Source: Eledone cirrhosa (taxonomy: Eukaryota). Taken from it: DNA of 64,000 bases. The stretch is taken from NCBI GenBank assembly GCA_964016885.1, contig OZ024752.1, positions 39,246,001 to 39,310,000 on the forward strand, given 5' to 3'. The position numbers were made by a program, and so were the translations under genes. This document shows, one piece after another, positions 13,499 through 31,539 of the stretch. The notes under the pieces were generated by a model. It worked only from the letters and a program-made list of their open reading frames with translations, was not told where the DNA came from and made no database searches. Each line of letters starts with the position of its first letter. Position 1 is the stretch's first letter.

Positions 13499-14727
13499 CT
13501 AACAAAAAAATGAAAGAAATATTTAAGAAGGTTTATAAAGCCATTTATCAATGACATATGATGAAAATTGTTTGATTAATCAATTGAATAGAATATATTC
13601 ACCTTATAATGATTTCCTTATTTTCTTTAACTATATATCTTTACTCTAATATCACATAATAAACCCCCTTTTCTTATATAAAAGAATAAAATTAGGAGTT
13701 ATAGAAACATTTAAACATTCAAGCTAAAGAGGATCATTTGATCTGCTAGAAATAGCAAGTACTTAAAAAATCAAACACAACATCCTGAAGATAAAAAGAA
13801 GAATAACTCATTGGAAAATGTAACATAGCGTAAACCCCCACCCAAAAAACAACAACAACAAACAAACAAACAAACAAACAAACAAAAACAAACAAACAAA
13901 AACAAACAATGAAATGAAGAAAGCTGCAACATCCTTGATCATATATCTGCTTCATAGGACTGACTTTGGGTTGAGTAACAAGAACAGCAATCCTTTTATG
14001 AAGATATTTCTAATGAAATACAGTATTTTCACTAATTAATTGTTTCTACTTTTGGCACAGGGCCAGCAATTAACCAGTGCATTACTGGTACTTTATTTTA
14101 TCGACCCCGTAAGGATGAAAGGCAAAGTTAACTAATTAATGAAGAGTTAAAAGACATTTACTAAAATTACTGATCATTTCATTATAAAGATAATTGTTTC
14201 TACTATTAGCACAAGGCCAGCAATTACCCAGTACATTACTGGTACTTTATTTTATCGACCCCGTAAACATAGCTTAGCAAAAGGTGTTTAATTCAAATTA
14301 TGCTGGATTCCTTTAAAATTGCTGATTTTGTTTCATGGTCCCAGTAGTTTGAGATAGATTGCTTTGAAAATGTTATGCTATGTTACAAATAACAGTTATA
14401 AAATGTTGTGAATCTCTATATATAGGTGTTCCACTTGTCAAATGAAGCAATCAAAACTCTTTCGCAAACTCTAGTATTTCTGGAAATGAGAAAATATGTT
14501 TTGTCCTATATATTAGGTCAACATACTTGAAACATGTATAATCATAGTTAGAATTCCAGTCATATGATATAAACATGGTAGAAACTACACCTAACATATA
14601 TATCAACACACTTGCTATCATAAATCTAGATATCATATGTCTATTGTGGGAAAATCCTAAGTGATATGTCAATAGTCTTTATACAAAAGACTTACTCAAG
14701 TAGAGTTGACTGAAGCTATTCAATAAT

Positions 14728-14912
14728 TGTTTCTACGTTAGGCACAAGGCCAGCAATTACCCAGTATATTACTGGTACTTTATTTTATCGACCTCGTAAG
14801 GATGAAAGGCAAAGTTAACCTCGGCGGGATTTGAACTCAGAATGGCAAGGGCCGTAACTCTATGCGTCAAAGCATGGCGTCCGACCCTCTACCAATACTG
14901 CCAATCCACCGC
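14728..14912 (-). mobile_element. Full-length Meta-type SINE with 18-bp TSD
   Basis: ctgaagctattcaataat occurs at 14710-14727 and 14913-14930. Confidence 0.88.
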
Positions 14913-15783
14913 CTGAAGCTATTCAATAATAAAGACAAGTCTTAAATATTTCACAACTGTTAAATAAAACAAGAACTAACACAAACCGATGTCTTAAAAA
15001 GGGAAGTACACATTAAATAATACAGTACTAAATACTATGAAAAAAGATGGGATGGTCATGGCTGGAACTCTTGATCATAAGCCTGCTTGCTCAGGGCTGA
15101 TATAAGAGATAAACAACTATAAACAGCTAATACAAATGAGAAACATTGTAAATAAAATTCCATGATTAAAATTGAATGAAGAATGAAAAAATTATATAAG
15201 GATTAAACTTGCAGATACATATAATAGATGTGTGTTTTGGTGCAGTTATAAGTGCATGTTACCACTCATTAATTATCATCATTACTATTTTCTTCATTAC
15301 TATTTTCTTCATTGTTAAATCATGAGTTCAAGAAAAGGGACAAAATATAACCTAATACAAATATAATCCACAATGTATAAGCTCTCTTTACCCACCTTCT
15401 TTGGAACATCCTATGTATTCTGATTGTACTAAATAATGTATAGATATATCATCATCATCATCATTTTAAGTCCGCTTTTCCCTGCTTGCAAGGGTGGGAC
15501 GGGAACTGATTCTGGCTTGATTTCTACAGCTGGATGCCATTCCTAACACCAACCTCATTTACAGTGAGTGCTGGGTGCTTTTTTGCCATGGCACCTCCAC
15601 AACCACTTTGCAGTGGAATGATAGGGACTGGGGTCCCTATCATCTCATTTCTACAGCTGAGTAATCTGGAGCAATGTGAAATAAAGTGTCTTGCTCAAGG
15701 AAACAATACATCACCCGGTCTGAGAATTGAACTCACAACCTTTCGATTGCAAGCCCAATGCTCTAACCAGTAAGCCATGCACC

Positions 15784-19190
<3,407 letters not shown>

Positions 19191-21575
19191 TGTAGGCACC
19201 TTAAAGGGTCGCTCTAACGAGGTTGTAGAAATGCTTGAACGTAAGGAGGTCGATGTTTGTTGTATTCAAGAGACCGGGTGGAGGGGTGGATCTGCTAGAT
19301 ACATTGTGGGTAGAAAACGATGCTATAAGCTTTTCTGGGTGGGAAACGACAATGGGATGGGTGGAGTAGGAATCATGGTAGCAGAAAAGTGGGCAGATAA
19401 GATAATAGACGTAAATAGAGTGAACGACAGAATAATTAAAATAAGACTTGTCCTCAATAGAACTACGGTGACAGTAATATCCGCGTACGCACCCCAATCC
19501 GGACTGCTCAGCACTATAAAAGACAGATTCTATGAGACACTGATGCTCACTACCTCCCAAATAACCGACAGTGACTATATAATTATTGCAGGCGACCTAA
19601 ACGGTCACGTTGGACAACATTGTGATGGCTACGACGAAATCCATGGAGGCTATGGGTTTGGTACTAGAAATGAGGAAGGCTCCAGAATCCTGGAATTCTG
19701 CGATGCAAATAACCTAACTATCTGCAACACTAACTTCAAAAAACGAGACACTCACTTGATCACCTACAGATCAGGGGAACATACTAGCCAGGTAGATTAT
19801 ATCCTTACCAGAAGACGTGAAAAAGTGACTGTCGTAAACACTAAATCCCTCCCCCATGAAGAATGCACTTCCCAACATAGACTGATAATTAGCGACCTAA
19901 TAGTCAGGACGAGACGTACTAGACAACAGAAGAGGACTATCCTCAGGAGAAAAATATGGAAGCTAATGGACCCCACAGCCAAAAATAAATTCCAAAGCAT
20001 ATTACTTGATGCTTTCGACAGTGAGGAAGAGCAACTAGAGACGTACAAGGTAGAGGAACAGTGGGAATTCCTGAAAGCAAACCTGCTGACGGCGGCAGAC
20101 GAAGTCTGTGGCTGGAGCAGGCCTGTAGGTAGGAGGAGAGTAACATGGTGGTGGAACAGTAAGGTGGAGGGGTCAATTAAGGCCAAAAAGCAGGCTTGGA
20201 AAGTATGGCGGGATGGGGGAAGCAGAGAAGACTATCAAGTGGCCAGGAGGGAAGCTAGGAGACAAGTGTACTTCGCAAGAAGGGAAGCAGAGGAAAGAAA
20301 GTTCAAGCATGTTCTACAACGTGAGGACCAAAAACGTGAGGTGCTCAGGATTGCTAGGCAATGTGTCAAGGAAAACAGTGATATTGTCGGGGAGAAGTGT
20401 GTACTTAACGATGACGGCATACTTGCCATCACCGATGCCGATAAGAAGGTAGCTTGGAAGTGTCACTATGAAAGGCTACTAAATGAGGAGAATAAATGGG
20501 AGAAAGACAGTCTCCCCCACATCGACCCAATAGAGGGACCAGCAGTGTTAGTCGAGGGTAGTATAATAAGTAAGGCAATCAAAGATATGAAGACAGGCAA
20601 GGCGGCTGGGCCTTCGGAAATAGTTGCCGAGATGCTGAAGGCATCTGGTACGGTGGGACACACCATGGTCACCCGGATAGTCAACCAAGTCATACAGAAT
20701 GGGGTTGTTCCGAAGGACTGGCGTAGCAGCATTATCGTTAACTGTTATAAGGGTAAAGGAGATGCCCTAGATAGGAGTAACTATAGAGGCATTAAATTAA
20801 TCGACCAGGTCATGAAGGTCACGGAAAAAGTAATAGCGCAACTAATCAGAGAGCGAATTGATCTAGATGAAATGCAGTTCGGGTTTGTGTCAGGAAAAAG
20901 TACCACAGACGCTCTTTTCATTGTACGACAACTACAGGAGAAGTACCTAGCTAAAAGTAAACCCCTATACTTAGCTTTCGTCGACTTGGAGAAGGCCTTC
21001 GACAGAGTCCCCCGTTCCATTATCTGGTGGGCTCTTAGAAAACTAGGTGTTGATGAATGGCTTGTGAGAGCTATACAAGCCATGTATAAAGAAACAGTCA
21101 GCAAGGTTAGAATTAACAACGAATATAGTGAAGAGTTTAGTGTAAAAGTTGGTGTTCATCAGGGCTTTGATCTTAGCCCCCTACTATTTATTATTGCCCT
21201 CCAGGCTATAACAGTGGAGTTCAAGACCGGCTGCCCATGGGAACTCCTATACGCAGATGATCTAACGCTCATAGCCGAATCAATGGCCGAGCTAGAGAAG
21301 AAATTTCAAACATGGAAGCACGGCCTAGAATCAAAAGGCCTTAAAATTAACCTGGCTAAGACTAAAGTTCTAGTTTGTAAGAAAGAAAATAAGGCGGCGG
21401 TCCCCTCCGGGAAGTGGCCATGTGCAGAGTGTAGGAAAGGCGTAGGTAGAAATTCCATTTTGTGTCCCAAATGCAAAGTTTGGGTGCATAAAAGATGTAG
21501 TGGGATCACAGGTAAGCTAACTAAGAACATAGATTTTACATGTGGCCGGTGTTCTGGGGCAATAAGTAGCAGCAA

Positions 21576-21579
<4 letters not shown>
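19191..21579 (+). mobile_element. RTE-clade LINE copy 1 (AP endonuclease, RT, PHD finger), truncated at both ends
   Basis: Open frame of over 780 aa: VGTLKGR...CIQET, SAYAPQ, GDLNGH, VDYIL, SQHRL (endonuclease); NYRGIKL, FVDLEKAFDRV, GVHQG, YADD (RT). Ends at AISSSK in a TA array. Confidence 0.96.
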
Positions 21580-21608
<29 letters not shown>

Positions 21609-21627
21609 TATATATATATATATATAT

Positions 21628-21750
<123 letters not shown>

Positions 21751-21770
21751 ATATATAATATATATATATA

Positions 21771-21809
<39 letters not shown>

Positions 21810-21810
21810 T

Positions 21811-21859
<49 letters not shown>

Positions 21860-21863
21860 TATA

Positions 21864-21903
<40 letters not shown>

Positions 21904-21940
21904 ATATATATATATATATATAATATATAAATATATATAT

Positions 21941-21983
<43 letters not shown>

Positions 21984-22004
21984 TATATATAATATATATA
22001 TACA

Positions 22005-22043
<39 letters not shown>

Positions 22044-22061
22044 TATATAATATGTATATAT

Positions 22062-22139
<78 letters not shown>

Positions 22140-22198
22140 ATATATATATATATATATAATATATATATATATAATATATATATATATATATAATATAT

Positions 22199-22292
<94 letters not shown>

Positions 22293-22302
22293 ATATGTAT
22301 AT

Positions 22303-22334
<32 letters not shown>

Positions 22335-22348
22335 ATATATATATATAT

Positions 22349-25300
22349 ATCTGCTAGGTTCATTGAGGGTAAAAAACGTTGTTATAAGCTTTTCTGGGTG
22401 GGAAACGACGATGGGCTGGGTGGAGTAGGAATCATGGTAGCAGAAAAGTGGGCAGATAAGATAATAGACGTAAATAGAGTGAACGACAGAATAATTAAAA
22501 TACGACTTGTCCTCAATAGAACTACGGTGACAGTAATATCTGCGTACGCACCCCAATCCGGACTGCCCGGCACTATAAAAGACAGATTCTATGAGACACT
22601 GATGCTAACTACCTCCCAAATATCCGACAGTGACTATATAATTATCGCAGGCGACCTAAATGGTCACGTTGGACAACATTGTGACGGCTACGACGAAATC
22701 CATGGAGGCTATGGGTTTGGTACTAGAAATGAGGAAGGCTCCAGAATCCTGGAATTCTGTGATGCAAATAACCTAACTATCTGTAACACTAACTTCAAAA
22801 AACGTGACAATCACCTGATCACCTATAGATCCGGGGAACACACAAGCCAGGTAGATTATATCCTTACCAGAAGACGTGACAGAGTGTCTGTTGTTAACAC
22901 TAAATCCCTCCCCCATGAAGAATGCACCTCCCAACATAGACTGATAATTAGCGACCTCATAGTCAGGACGAGACGTACTCGACAACAGAAGAGGACTATC
23001 CTCAGGAGGAAAATATGGAAGCTAAAGGACCCCACAGCCAGGAATAAATTTCAAAGCATATTACTTGATGCTTTCGACAGTAAGGAAGAACATTTAGAGT
23101 CGGACAATATAGAGGGAGAGTGGGAATTTCTGAAAGCAAACCTGCTGTTGGCGACAGACGAGGTCTGTGGCTGGAGCAGGCCTGTAGGCAGGAGGAGAGT
23201 AACATGGTGGTGGAACAGTAAGGTGGAGGGGTCAATTAAGGCCAAAAAGCAGGCTTGGAAAGTATGGCGGGATGGGGGAAGTAGAGAGGACTATCAAGTG
23301 GCCAGGAGGGAAGCTAGGAGACAAGTGTACTTAGCAAGAAGGGAAGCTGAGGAAAGAAAGTTCAAGCATGTTCTACAACGCGATGACCAAAAACGTGAGG
23401 TGTTCAGGATTGCTAGGCAATGCGTCAAGGAAAACCGTGATATTGTCGGGGAGAAGTGTGTACTAAACGACGATGGCACACTTGCCATCACCGACGCTGA
23501 TAAGAAGGTAGCTTGGAAGTGTCACTATGAAAGGCTTCTAAATGAGGAGAATAATTGGGAGAAAGGCAGTCTCCCCCATATCGACCCAATAGAGGGACCA
23601 GCAGTGTTAGTCGAGGGGAGTATAATAAGTAAGGCAATCAAGGATATGAAGACTGGTAAGGCGGCTGGGCCTTCGGAAATAGTTGCTGAGATGCTGAAGG
23701 CATCTGGCACGGTGGGACACACCATGGTCACCCGCATAGTTAACCAAGTCGTACAAAACGGGGTTGTTCCGAAGGACTGGCATAGCAGCATCATCGTTAA
23801 CTGTTATAAGGGTAAAGGAGACGCCCTAGATAGGAGTAACTATAGAGGCATTAAATTAATCGACCAGGTCATGAAGGTCACGGAAAGAGTAATAGCGCAA
23901 CTAATCAGAGAGAGAATTGACCTAGATGAAATGCAGTTCGGGTTTGTGTCAGGCAAAAGTACCACAGACGCTCTTTTCATAGTACGACAACTACAAGAGA
24001 AGTACCTAGCTAAAGGTAAACCCCTCTACTTAGCTTTTGTCGACTTGGAGAAAGCCTTCGACAGAGTCCCCCGCTCCATTATCTGGTGGGCTCTTAGAAA
24101 ACTAGGCGTTGACGAATGGCTTGTGAGGGCTATACAAGCCATGTATAAAGAAACAGTCAGCAAGGTTAGAATTAACAACGAATATAGTGAAGAGTTTAGC
24201 GTAAAAGTCGGCGTCCATCAGGGCTCTGTTCTCAGTCCACTACTATTTATTATTGCCCTTCAGGCCATAACAGAGGAGTTCAAGACAGGCTGCCCATGGG
24301 AACTCCTATACGCAGACGACCTGACACTCATAGCGGAATCAATGGCCGAGCTAGAGAAGAAATTCCAAACATGGAAGCACGGCCTAGAGTCAAAAGGACT
24401 TAAAATTAACCTGGCTAAGACCAAAGTACTAGTTTGTAGGAAAGAAAACAAGGCGGCGGTCCCTTCTGGGAAATGGTCGTGCTCGGTGTGTAGGAAAGGC
24501 GTAGGTAGAAACTCCATTTTATGTCCTAAATGCAAAGTATGGGTGCATAAAAGATGTAGTGGGATCACAGGTAGGCTAACTAAGAACATAGATTTTACAT
24601 GTGGCCGGTGCTCTGGTGCAATAAGTAGCAGCAAGTGCCCACAAACTACTAGCTCTTTCAATTGCGCAGAGGGTTCTATAGAAATAGTGGACAGCTTCCG
24701 TTACCTGGGCGATAAAATCAGCAGTGGGGGAGGGTGCTCTGAAAGTACTGTAGCTAGAGTCAGAACTGGTTGGAAAAAGTTCAGAGAGCTTATACCACTA
24801 TTAGCTGCTAAAGGGTTCTCACTAAAAATGAAAGGCAGGTTGTACGATGCCTGCATACGAACAGCAATGCTGCATGGCAGTGAGACCTGGGCATTGTGTG
24901 CAGAGGATATACGCAGACTAGAGAGGAACGAAGCTTGCATGCTCCGCTGGATGTGTAACAGTAATATACGTGAACGGCAAAGCATAAACGAACTAAGGAA
25001 TAAATTAGAGATAAGAGGGATCAGATGTTGTTTACTCGAGAGAAGGCTACGTTGGTATGGACACGTGATGCGCATGAAAGTCGATAGCTGTATAACAAAG
25101 TGCAGGGCAATAAAGATAGACGGTAGTCACGGAATAGGCAGACCTAGAAAAACCTGGGACGAGCTGATAAACTCCGACATCACACACTTACACCTCTCCA
25201 AGACAATGTCACTGGACCGAGACCTTTGGCGGTACTCAGTAACAGAGAAGACTCGCCTTACCTAAATATATAGTAAAACCTACTCCAGCCAGTAGGCATC

Positions 25301-25657
25301 TCTAACAAATACACCCCGTCCCACCACCCCCACCCGATCCACACCACCCCGTTCTATGTAAAGTTATGTTGGTGCCGCGCCATCGAGGCCGAAACAAATG
25401 AGATCGTGTAGGTGTCACGACAAAAAAACACACAGTCCACGCTGTAATGTGGCCGTGTAGGCAACACGGTAAAAACCTCCCAGACCCACACTGTAAATGT
25501 GGTTGGTGTTAGGAAGGGCATCCAACTGTAGAAAACCTGCCAGACAGTCCTATGCGAGCAAGACAATCACTCTTGCCTCAAGTGGGACTACCCCCGTCCA
25601 AACCCATGCAAGCGTGGAACACGGACGTTAAACGTTGATGATGATGATGATGATGAT
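22349..25657 (+). mobile_element. RTE-clade LINE copy 2, 5'-truncated, otherwise uninterrupted ORF with 3'UTR and (GAT)n tail
   Basis: ORF 22398-25265 (955 aa) with endonuclease, RT (GVHQGSVLSPLLF, YADD), PHD finger, FRYLG, RRLRWYGHV and GRPRKTW; lacks the first endonuclease residues that copy 1 retains. Confidence 0.97.
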
Positions 25658-25683
25658 ATATATAATATATATAATATATATAT

Positions 25684-25790
<107 letters not shown>

Positions 25791-25912
25791 TATATATATA
25801 TAATATATATAATATATATATATATAATATATATAATATATATATAATATATATAATATATATATATATATATAATATATATATAATATATATATATATA
25901 TAATATATATAT

Positions 25913-25942
<30 letters not shown>

Positions 25943-25945
<3 letters not shown>

Positions 25946-26059
25946 GGAACGAGTAGGACCCCGACGGCTAAGATCAAGCCGTTTCGACGGCTAATTCTGG
26001 TCCAGAATTAACCGTCGAAATGGCTTGAGCTCAGCCGTCAGGGTCCTACTCGTTCCTAT
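25943..26059. repeat. 117-bp near-perfect palindrome containing the 3' half of a hammerhead motif
   Basis: Centre at 26001; arms ataggaacgagtaggaccc... and ...gggtcctactcgttcctat. Confidence 0.85.
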
Positions 26060-26448
26060 TACCCACTCTACTACCCTAAATATTGAGTACTTTGGTGCGT
26101 TATGGTCCACCTGGTTCCTTACCACATTTCCTTCATTATATATATATATGTATATATATATAGGTGAAATGGAAATATATATATATATAGGAGAAATGTA
26201 TAAAGATGAGTATTGATGTACATGTACGTCCATGCCCATCTTTTTCTAATTCTTCGAGGGTTCTTAACCCCACTATCAGGCTAAATAATTTCTTTAATTT
26301 CTTTAGTCAAAATACGGCGATAGCTTACATTTCTAATAATTTCAAACCAACTCGCTGTTTATATATATCACGATAAATTAACGGAACCATAGACTCTCGT
26401 TATTCCCTGTCAATAATGTGCTCAAAGGAAAAGGAATCCTGAGTTCTT

Positions 26449-26813
26449 TAAAATACAATATGTTGGAAAGGTAACACACTAGAGAGAGATAGTGTGTCAT
26501 CAGTAAAACAGGGAAAAACTACCAGTTTATGGAATCTATAACCTATGAAAGGCAGGGTAGACACACAATAATTAAAAATATAAATTAAAATGTATATACA
26601 ACCCTCTATAGCTATATAACACACATGTACAAATCCAAAGAGATCTGTTTCACCAGGAAGTTGTTGACTGAAATGGAATAGCCTATGGTTCATCAGCGCG
26701 TGCAAGGCTATACATTTCAGACGACTCTAAGATTCAATACACTGGTGGTTTTTCCCTGTTTTATTGATGGCGCACTATCTCTCTCTAGTGTGTTACCTTT
26801 TCAAAATATTGTA
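26449..26813. repeat. Inverted repeat (~90-bp arms) with degenerate hammerhead-like motifs; probable Penelope-like relic
   Basis: 26449-26537 is the reverse complement of about 26731-26813; CTGATGA motifs on the minus strand at 26497-26503 and 26690-26696. Confidence 0.55.
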
Positions 26814-28523
26814 TATATATGTATATGTATACCTTTCCAATTATCATGTATTTTCTACATTTTTCATAGACTTTATGTATAGTGGTTCTCTACCCCTCAT
26901 AATTCAAAACATACTCTTTTGTGTGTTCTCTATACATTATATTATGAGGAGCCCGGTACTTTTACCTTGAGTTCATTAAATTACAGGGGATTAACATGAG
27001 TCTTTAACTCTGTTTTTTTTTTTTATTTGATATATATATATACACACACATACATACATGGTCAAATTTGGGTTTTGAAACCTTGGATAGCATCTTTGTT
27101 CCGTGTATGAACATAAATAAATAATATATATATGTATATAAAATAATGAAACAGTTCTACTCCTGTGGAAGCCATTTCTATATTAAATATTATATGTGTG
27201 TGTGTGTGTTAGGTACCTATTAAGGAAGGGTGGATACTTAAGACACAGTATGATAATGAAAGGAGAACAACAAATTACATTTGATGAACTAGGGTGGAGG
27301 TTGTAAATTGTTTTCTAATTTAGAGGCACAAAAAACGGGTTTTAGTTATGTGTTGTTCAAAGATAGAAAAGGTATGGTGTTGTAAATCTGTTCTTTCAAA
27401 TGTGCAGTAATTATGTCTTGGAGCTATTGAAGGTGGCTAGCTTGTCATATCCTAAATGGTTTCAAGGCCTCAATTTATAAAAGCAGTACAAGTCTATATT
27501 AATCTCATCAATCTGAGGTGTCAAGGTTATGTGCAGAAGCTTGAGGAGTGGGAATGAATGGCAGTAGAATCTGATCAGTTGTGTGTGTTGTTAGAAGAAA
27601 CATTGCATAAGAGTAAATACAGAAAATAAACAATTTGGAAGACAATCTGAATAGTTTTGAAAGTGTCTCATCAAGATATGTGATTGGGAACTCAAGAGAT
27701 GAGAACCCATAGGGTGACAAATTTACTCAGAGATTTCCTTGCTGGATACAATCAAAGGTTTTCCTGATGTCTAATACTACAATACTCTCACAAATCTTGT
27801 ATAAAAGAATAAAATTAGGAGTTATAGAAACATTTAAACATTCAAGCTAAATAGGATCACTTGATCTGCTAGAAATAGCAAGTACTTTAAAATAAAACAC
27901 AACTTTCTGAAGATAAAAAGAAGAATGACACATTGGAAAATGTAACCTAATGTACAGCAAAAAAATTAGGCAAGTTTACTCAGAGATTTCCTTGCTGGAT
28001 TCAAAGGTCTTCCTGATGTCAAGTACTACAATGTTTTCACAACTCTTCACAGAGATTAGAAACCATTTGTGTGTGACACAGAAAAACAGATCTCTAGTAG
28101 ATTTAGCTGTATGTTGGTTTAATATATTTTACTGTTTAGTCAGGTAGGGAAGGGCAATGTCCATGATCCTTTTCTTGACCTCTGACACTGATGATAAAAG
28201 AAAGGTATCTTCAAACCTGGTCCAAATTCTTGCAATAGAGAGAACTATGAAATGCACTCAAGAACCAAGTGCCAGTATTAATAGGTTAAAATAATTTACA
28301 AGTGCCAGTCTAATAGGTTAAAATAATTTCTTTAACCTATAACATAATATTTATATTTTGAAAGTATTTTTCGAAAACAATATCTGATAAAGAACTGTTG
28401 CAATAAAAAAACAAAATCCCAACCCCCAACAAACAAAAAAGAAGAATTGAATTAAAAAAACAGTTTAAATATAAATAGATTATTTGATAGATATTTAATA
28501 GAAATGTTATGATTTCAACTTAC

Positions 28524-28778
28524 ATTCTACATTAATCCAATGTGTTTTATCTAACATATTATTAATATTGCAGATGTTAGAGGCATGACAGGTGAAACGA
28601 TTATCATTTTGGTTTCGACGTAGGTCCTTGAATGTTATTTTTTTTTCAGTGGTGTTACTTGGAACCCACTTATAAGTGTAGTTACTTGGATATCCATTTT
28701 TTGGCTTACATTCTAGAATACCTCCTTTACCTTCAAGAAATGGTCCAGTTGTGTCGATTTCTATGCTTTCAGGTGGAT
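28524..28778 (-). CDS. Ig-superfamily receptor, Ig domain 5
   Basis: Not in the ORF track; 255 nt, phase 1-1; YPPESIEI...EGKGGILECKPKNGYPSNYTYKW...QNDNRFTCHASN...INVE|gtaagt. Confidence 0.92.
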
Positions 28779-29771
28779 CTGTATAAAGGAAATTTGATTA
28801 TTTACATGGATTCTTTCATAAAGATGTGTTTTTTTTGCTTTTATCTCAAATATTAGTATTTTCAATTGCATTAAATGAAAACTGAGACACATTTAGATGG
28901 ATAAAAATTATTCAGCACTAATTTTCAAATTATGATAAATTAGAAAATTCCCATTGGAGTTGAAGGAAATCCTTACATCTCAGAATTTTATCAGGTTACC
29001 ATTCAGATGGTAAAACTGTTGGCAAAATCTAATGAGTAAGATACAAAGTTTTCTGAGCAAAGAAGACGGAATAAAAAGTAGTTTTGAATCTAAGTTTATA
29101 TCATTTCAGCATCTAATATTCAAAAATGAAACTAGAGTAAAGTTGAAGAAATATATCATGAAATATTAGTTTTCATAGAGATTACTGAAAATAATTGTTT
29201 CTACTTTTCGCACAAGGCCAGCAATAACCCAGTGTATTACTGGTACTTTATTTTATCAACCCTTAAGGATGAAAGGCAAAGTTATGAAAATAATGATATT
29301 ATAACAGAACTGCAGGATTTTGATGCCAAATAATGCGAAACGCATAGAACCCTTTGCAATTATTTTGACCTTGCTGCCACAGAACTCCTCCATAGTAAAA
29401 GGTGTGAAAAATACTTGTTTCAAAGTAAATTCATAAATGATAAAACATAATAAGGTTCTGCACATTGTTACTTTATATTTACTTTTCTCAAAATGAACAC
29501 AAAGTATGAATTATGTAGTCATTATGAAATATTCTCAAATAAAATTTAAGGAGCTCCCAAATATTTATATCAGAATTTGACCATAAGTTCACTCACTCTG
29601 AAAAAACCCAACTCCTAACCAACCTATTTTAGTATCACAAAATATTTGTTGTATATACAACATATGAAAAAATCTTACAATAATTTCGTAATTTTCTTAT
29701 AGCTGAGAGAAAAAGACAATACCTCCCCGCAAAAAAAAAACATTTTCAAGCGATACTAGATTTATACTCAC

Positions 29772-30029
29772 AATATATAGTTAAATTCTTTTTCTGGGAA
29801 ACATTTGCAGCTAAATGTGTTCCAAGGCATTTGACTGTTGGATAATATAGAGGTTTGGAAGGAGTTACAATAAGTTCAACCATTTCTTCACTAGTGTTTG
29901 ATATATCATTGTACATCAGCTTCACCACTGCTGGTGGGTCACCACCTTCCCATTTGCATTGTACTTTGGTTGAAGTACCAACACATAATTCTTCTTTAGA
30001 AGAAGTTAATATCATTTTCACTGGAGAAT
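29772..30029 (-). CDS. Ig-superfamily receptor, Ig domain 4
   Basis: 258 nt, phase 1-1; YSPVKMIL...KVQCKWEGGDPPAVV...TVKCLGTH...NLTIY|gtgagt. Confidence 0.9.
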
Positions 30030-31539
30030 CTATGATTTTTAATAGATAAGAAGTAAAAAGAATAAATTATTATTAGTAGTATCTAAATAAAAACACTTTA
30101 AAAAACAAGAGAATTTTTTCAGGGTTTTTTGAAACTCTTAATGTCTTTTACTACATAAAACTACATTAGCAAGACATTTTTGAAAAGTACAAAACATTAA
30201 AAGTTAAAGTTTTTAATACTTATGATCTGTAAGCAAGTAAAAATACTATAAACATTTGAATTAACAAACTATTTTTAGATATTTTCAGTTTAGTCATTAC
30301 AAGATGTAATGGAATTCTATGTTTTACTAGGCGAAGATTCAAAACCAAATCTAAAAGTTCTTGCCTCTAAAACCACCTATTGTTAGGACTTCTCACCATT
30401 GTCTTGTCAAAAGACAACAATGATAAACGTATATACCACTTGACCTGTAACCCCAGGCATTTGACAGATGAAACACACATGGTTACTCCTAAATCAACCC
30501 ATATACACATCCTTCTAGCTATAGTGTTGTTATAAATACAATCGCTTGGAGAACTACAGCAGAGGTTATGAAGTAGCAGTCCTGGAGAGAATAACAATGT
30601 AACACATTCACTTTCTACATACCCATTGGGGTCTACAGGCATCTACACACCTTTTACTCTCTCTCTCCTGGCCTTACAGGCTCTCACCTTATCGGCCACA
30701 GACTGCACCAGCAGAGATAGTGATAACACAGACGACAGAGGGACGTTCTACTAACACTATGAATATCTCTTCATGAATACTGTTTGCTTACTATGCTTTT
30801 ACATTTCATACCAGCTCGACAGATTGACCACTACTACAGGAACAACGTTTGCTAAGGATAAATACACACGCACACACACAGTAGGTTTCCTTATATTGTT
30901 TCCTACTACACTTTATCTATTCTTTCGCCTCCCTGTCATTTCCCTACTACTGTAAAATATAACACAACTTTTACGATATCATTTATTTGATACATGTATT
31001 CACACTAACTCGAAGCAGCTAGTAAGAAATTAATGTAGTGATAATTGCTGTCACGATTTTATTACTCAGTATTCAATGTACCAACAAGTGCATTTTATTG
31101 TTATAAAATAAACATTGTCAACATCACAATTCTTGCATCATTCTTGTTGTCATTTATCCTGCAAAGAACACATCTATTCACTACATAATGGTGACCCCAT
31201 CACTACAAAGATGTTAAGAGTCAAAATATTTCAAAATATTGGTTTCTGATTTAGGAAAAAGTTCAACAATTTTGGAGGAGTTGAAAGTTGATTAAATCAA
31301 CTCCAGTATGTTACTAGTACTTTATTTTATCGACCCCATAAGGGTGAAAAGCAAAGTTAACCTCAGTGGCATTTGAACTCGGAATGTAGTTATATGCTGC
31401 AAACCTTTTCAAAATAATAATCTGTAAGAGCATAAATTTTTAACGAGAAGACACAGTCAACTCCTGTACTTGGTATTCTTTTATTTACTATATAGGGGGA
31501 TGGATTGGCAGGATCGGTAGGGCATCAGACAATTTGGGC

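Noticed and set aside
14451-14672. 73-aa minus-strand ORF in the large intron
   Set aside because: No Ig pattern or compatible splice sites.
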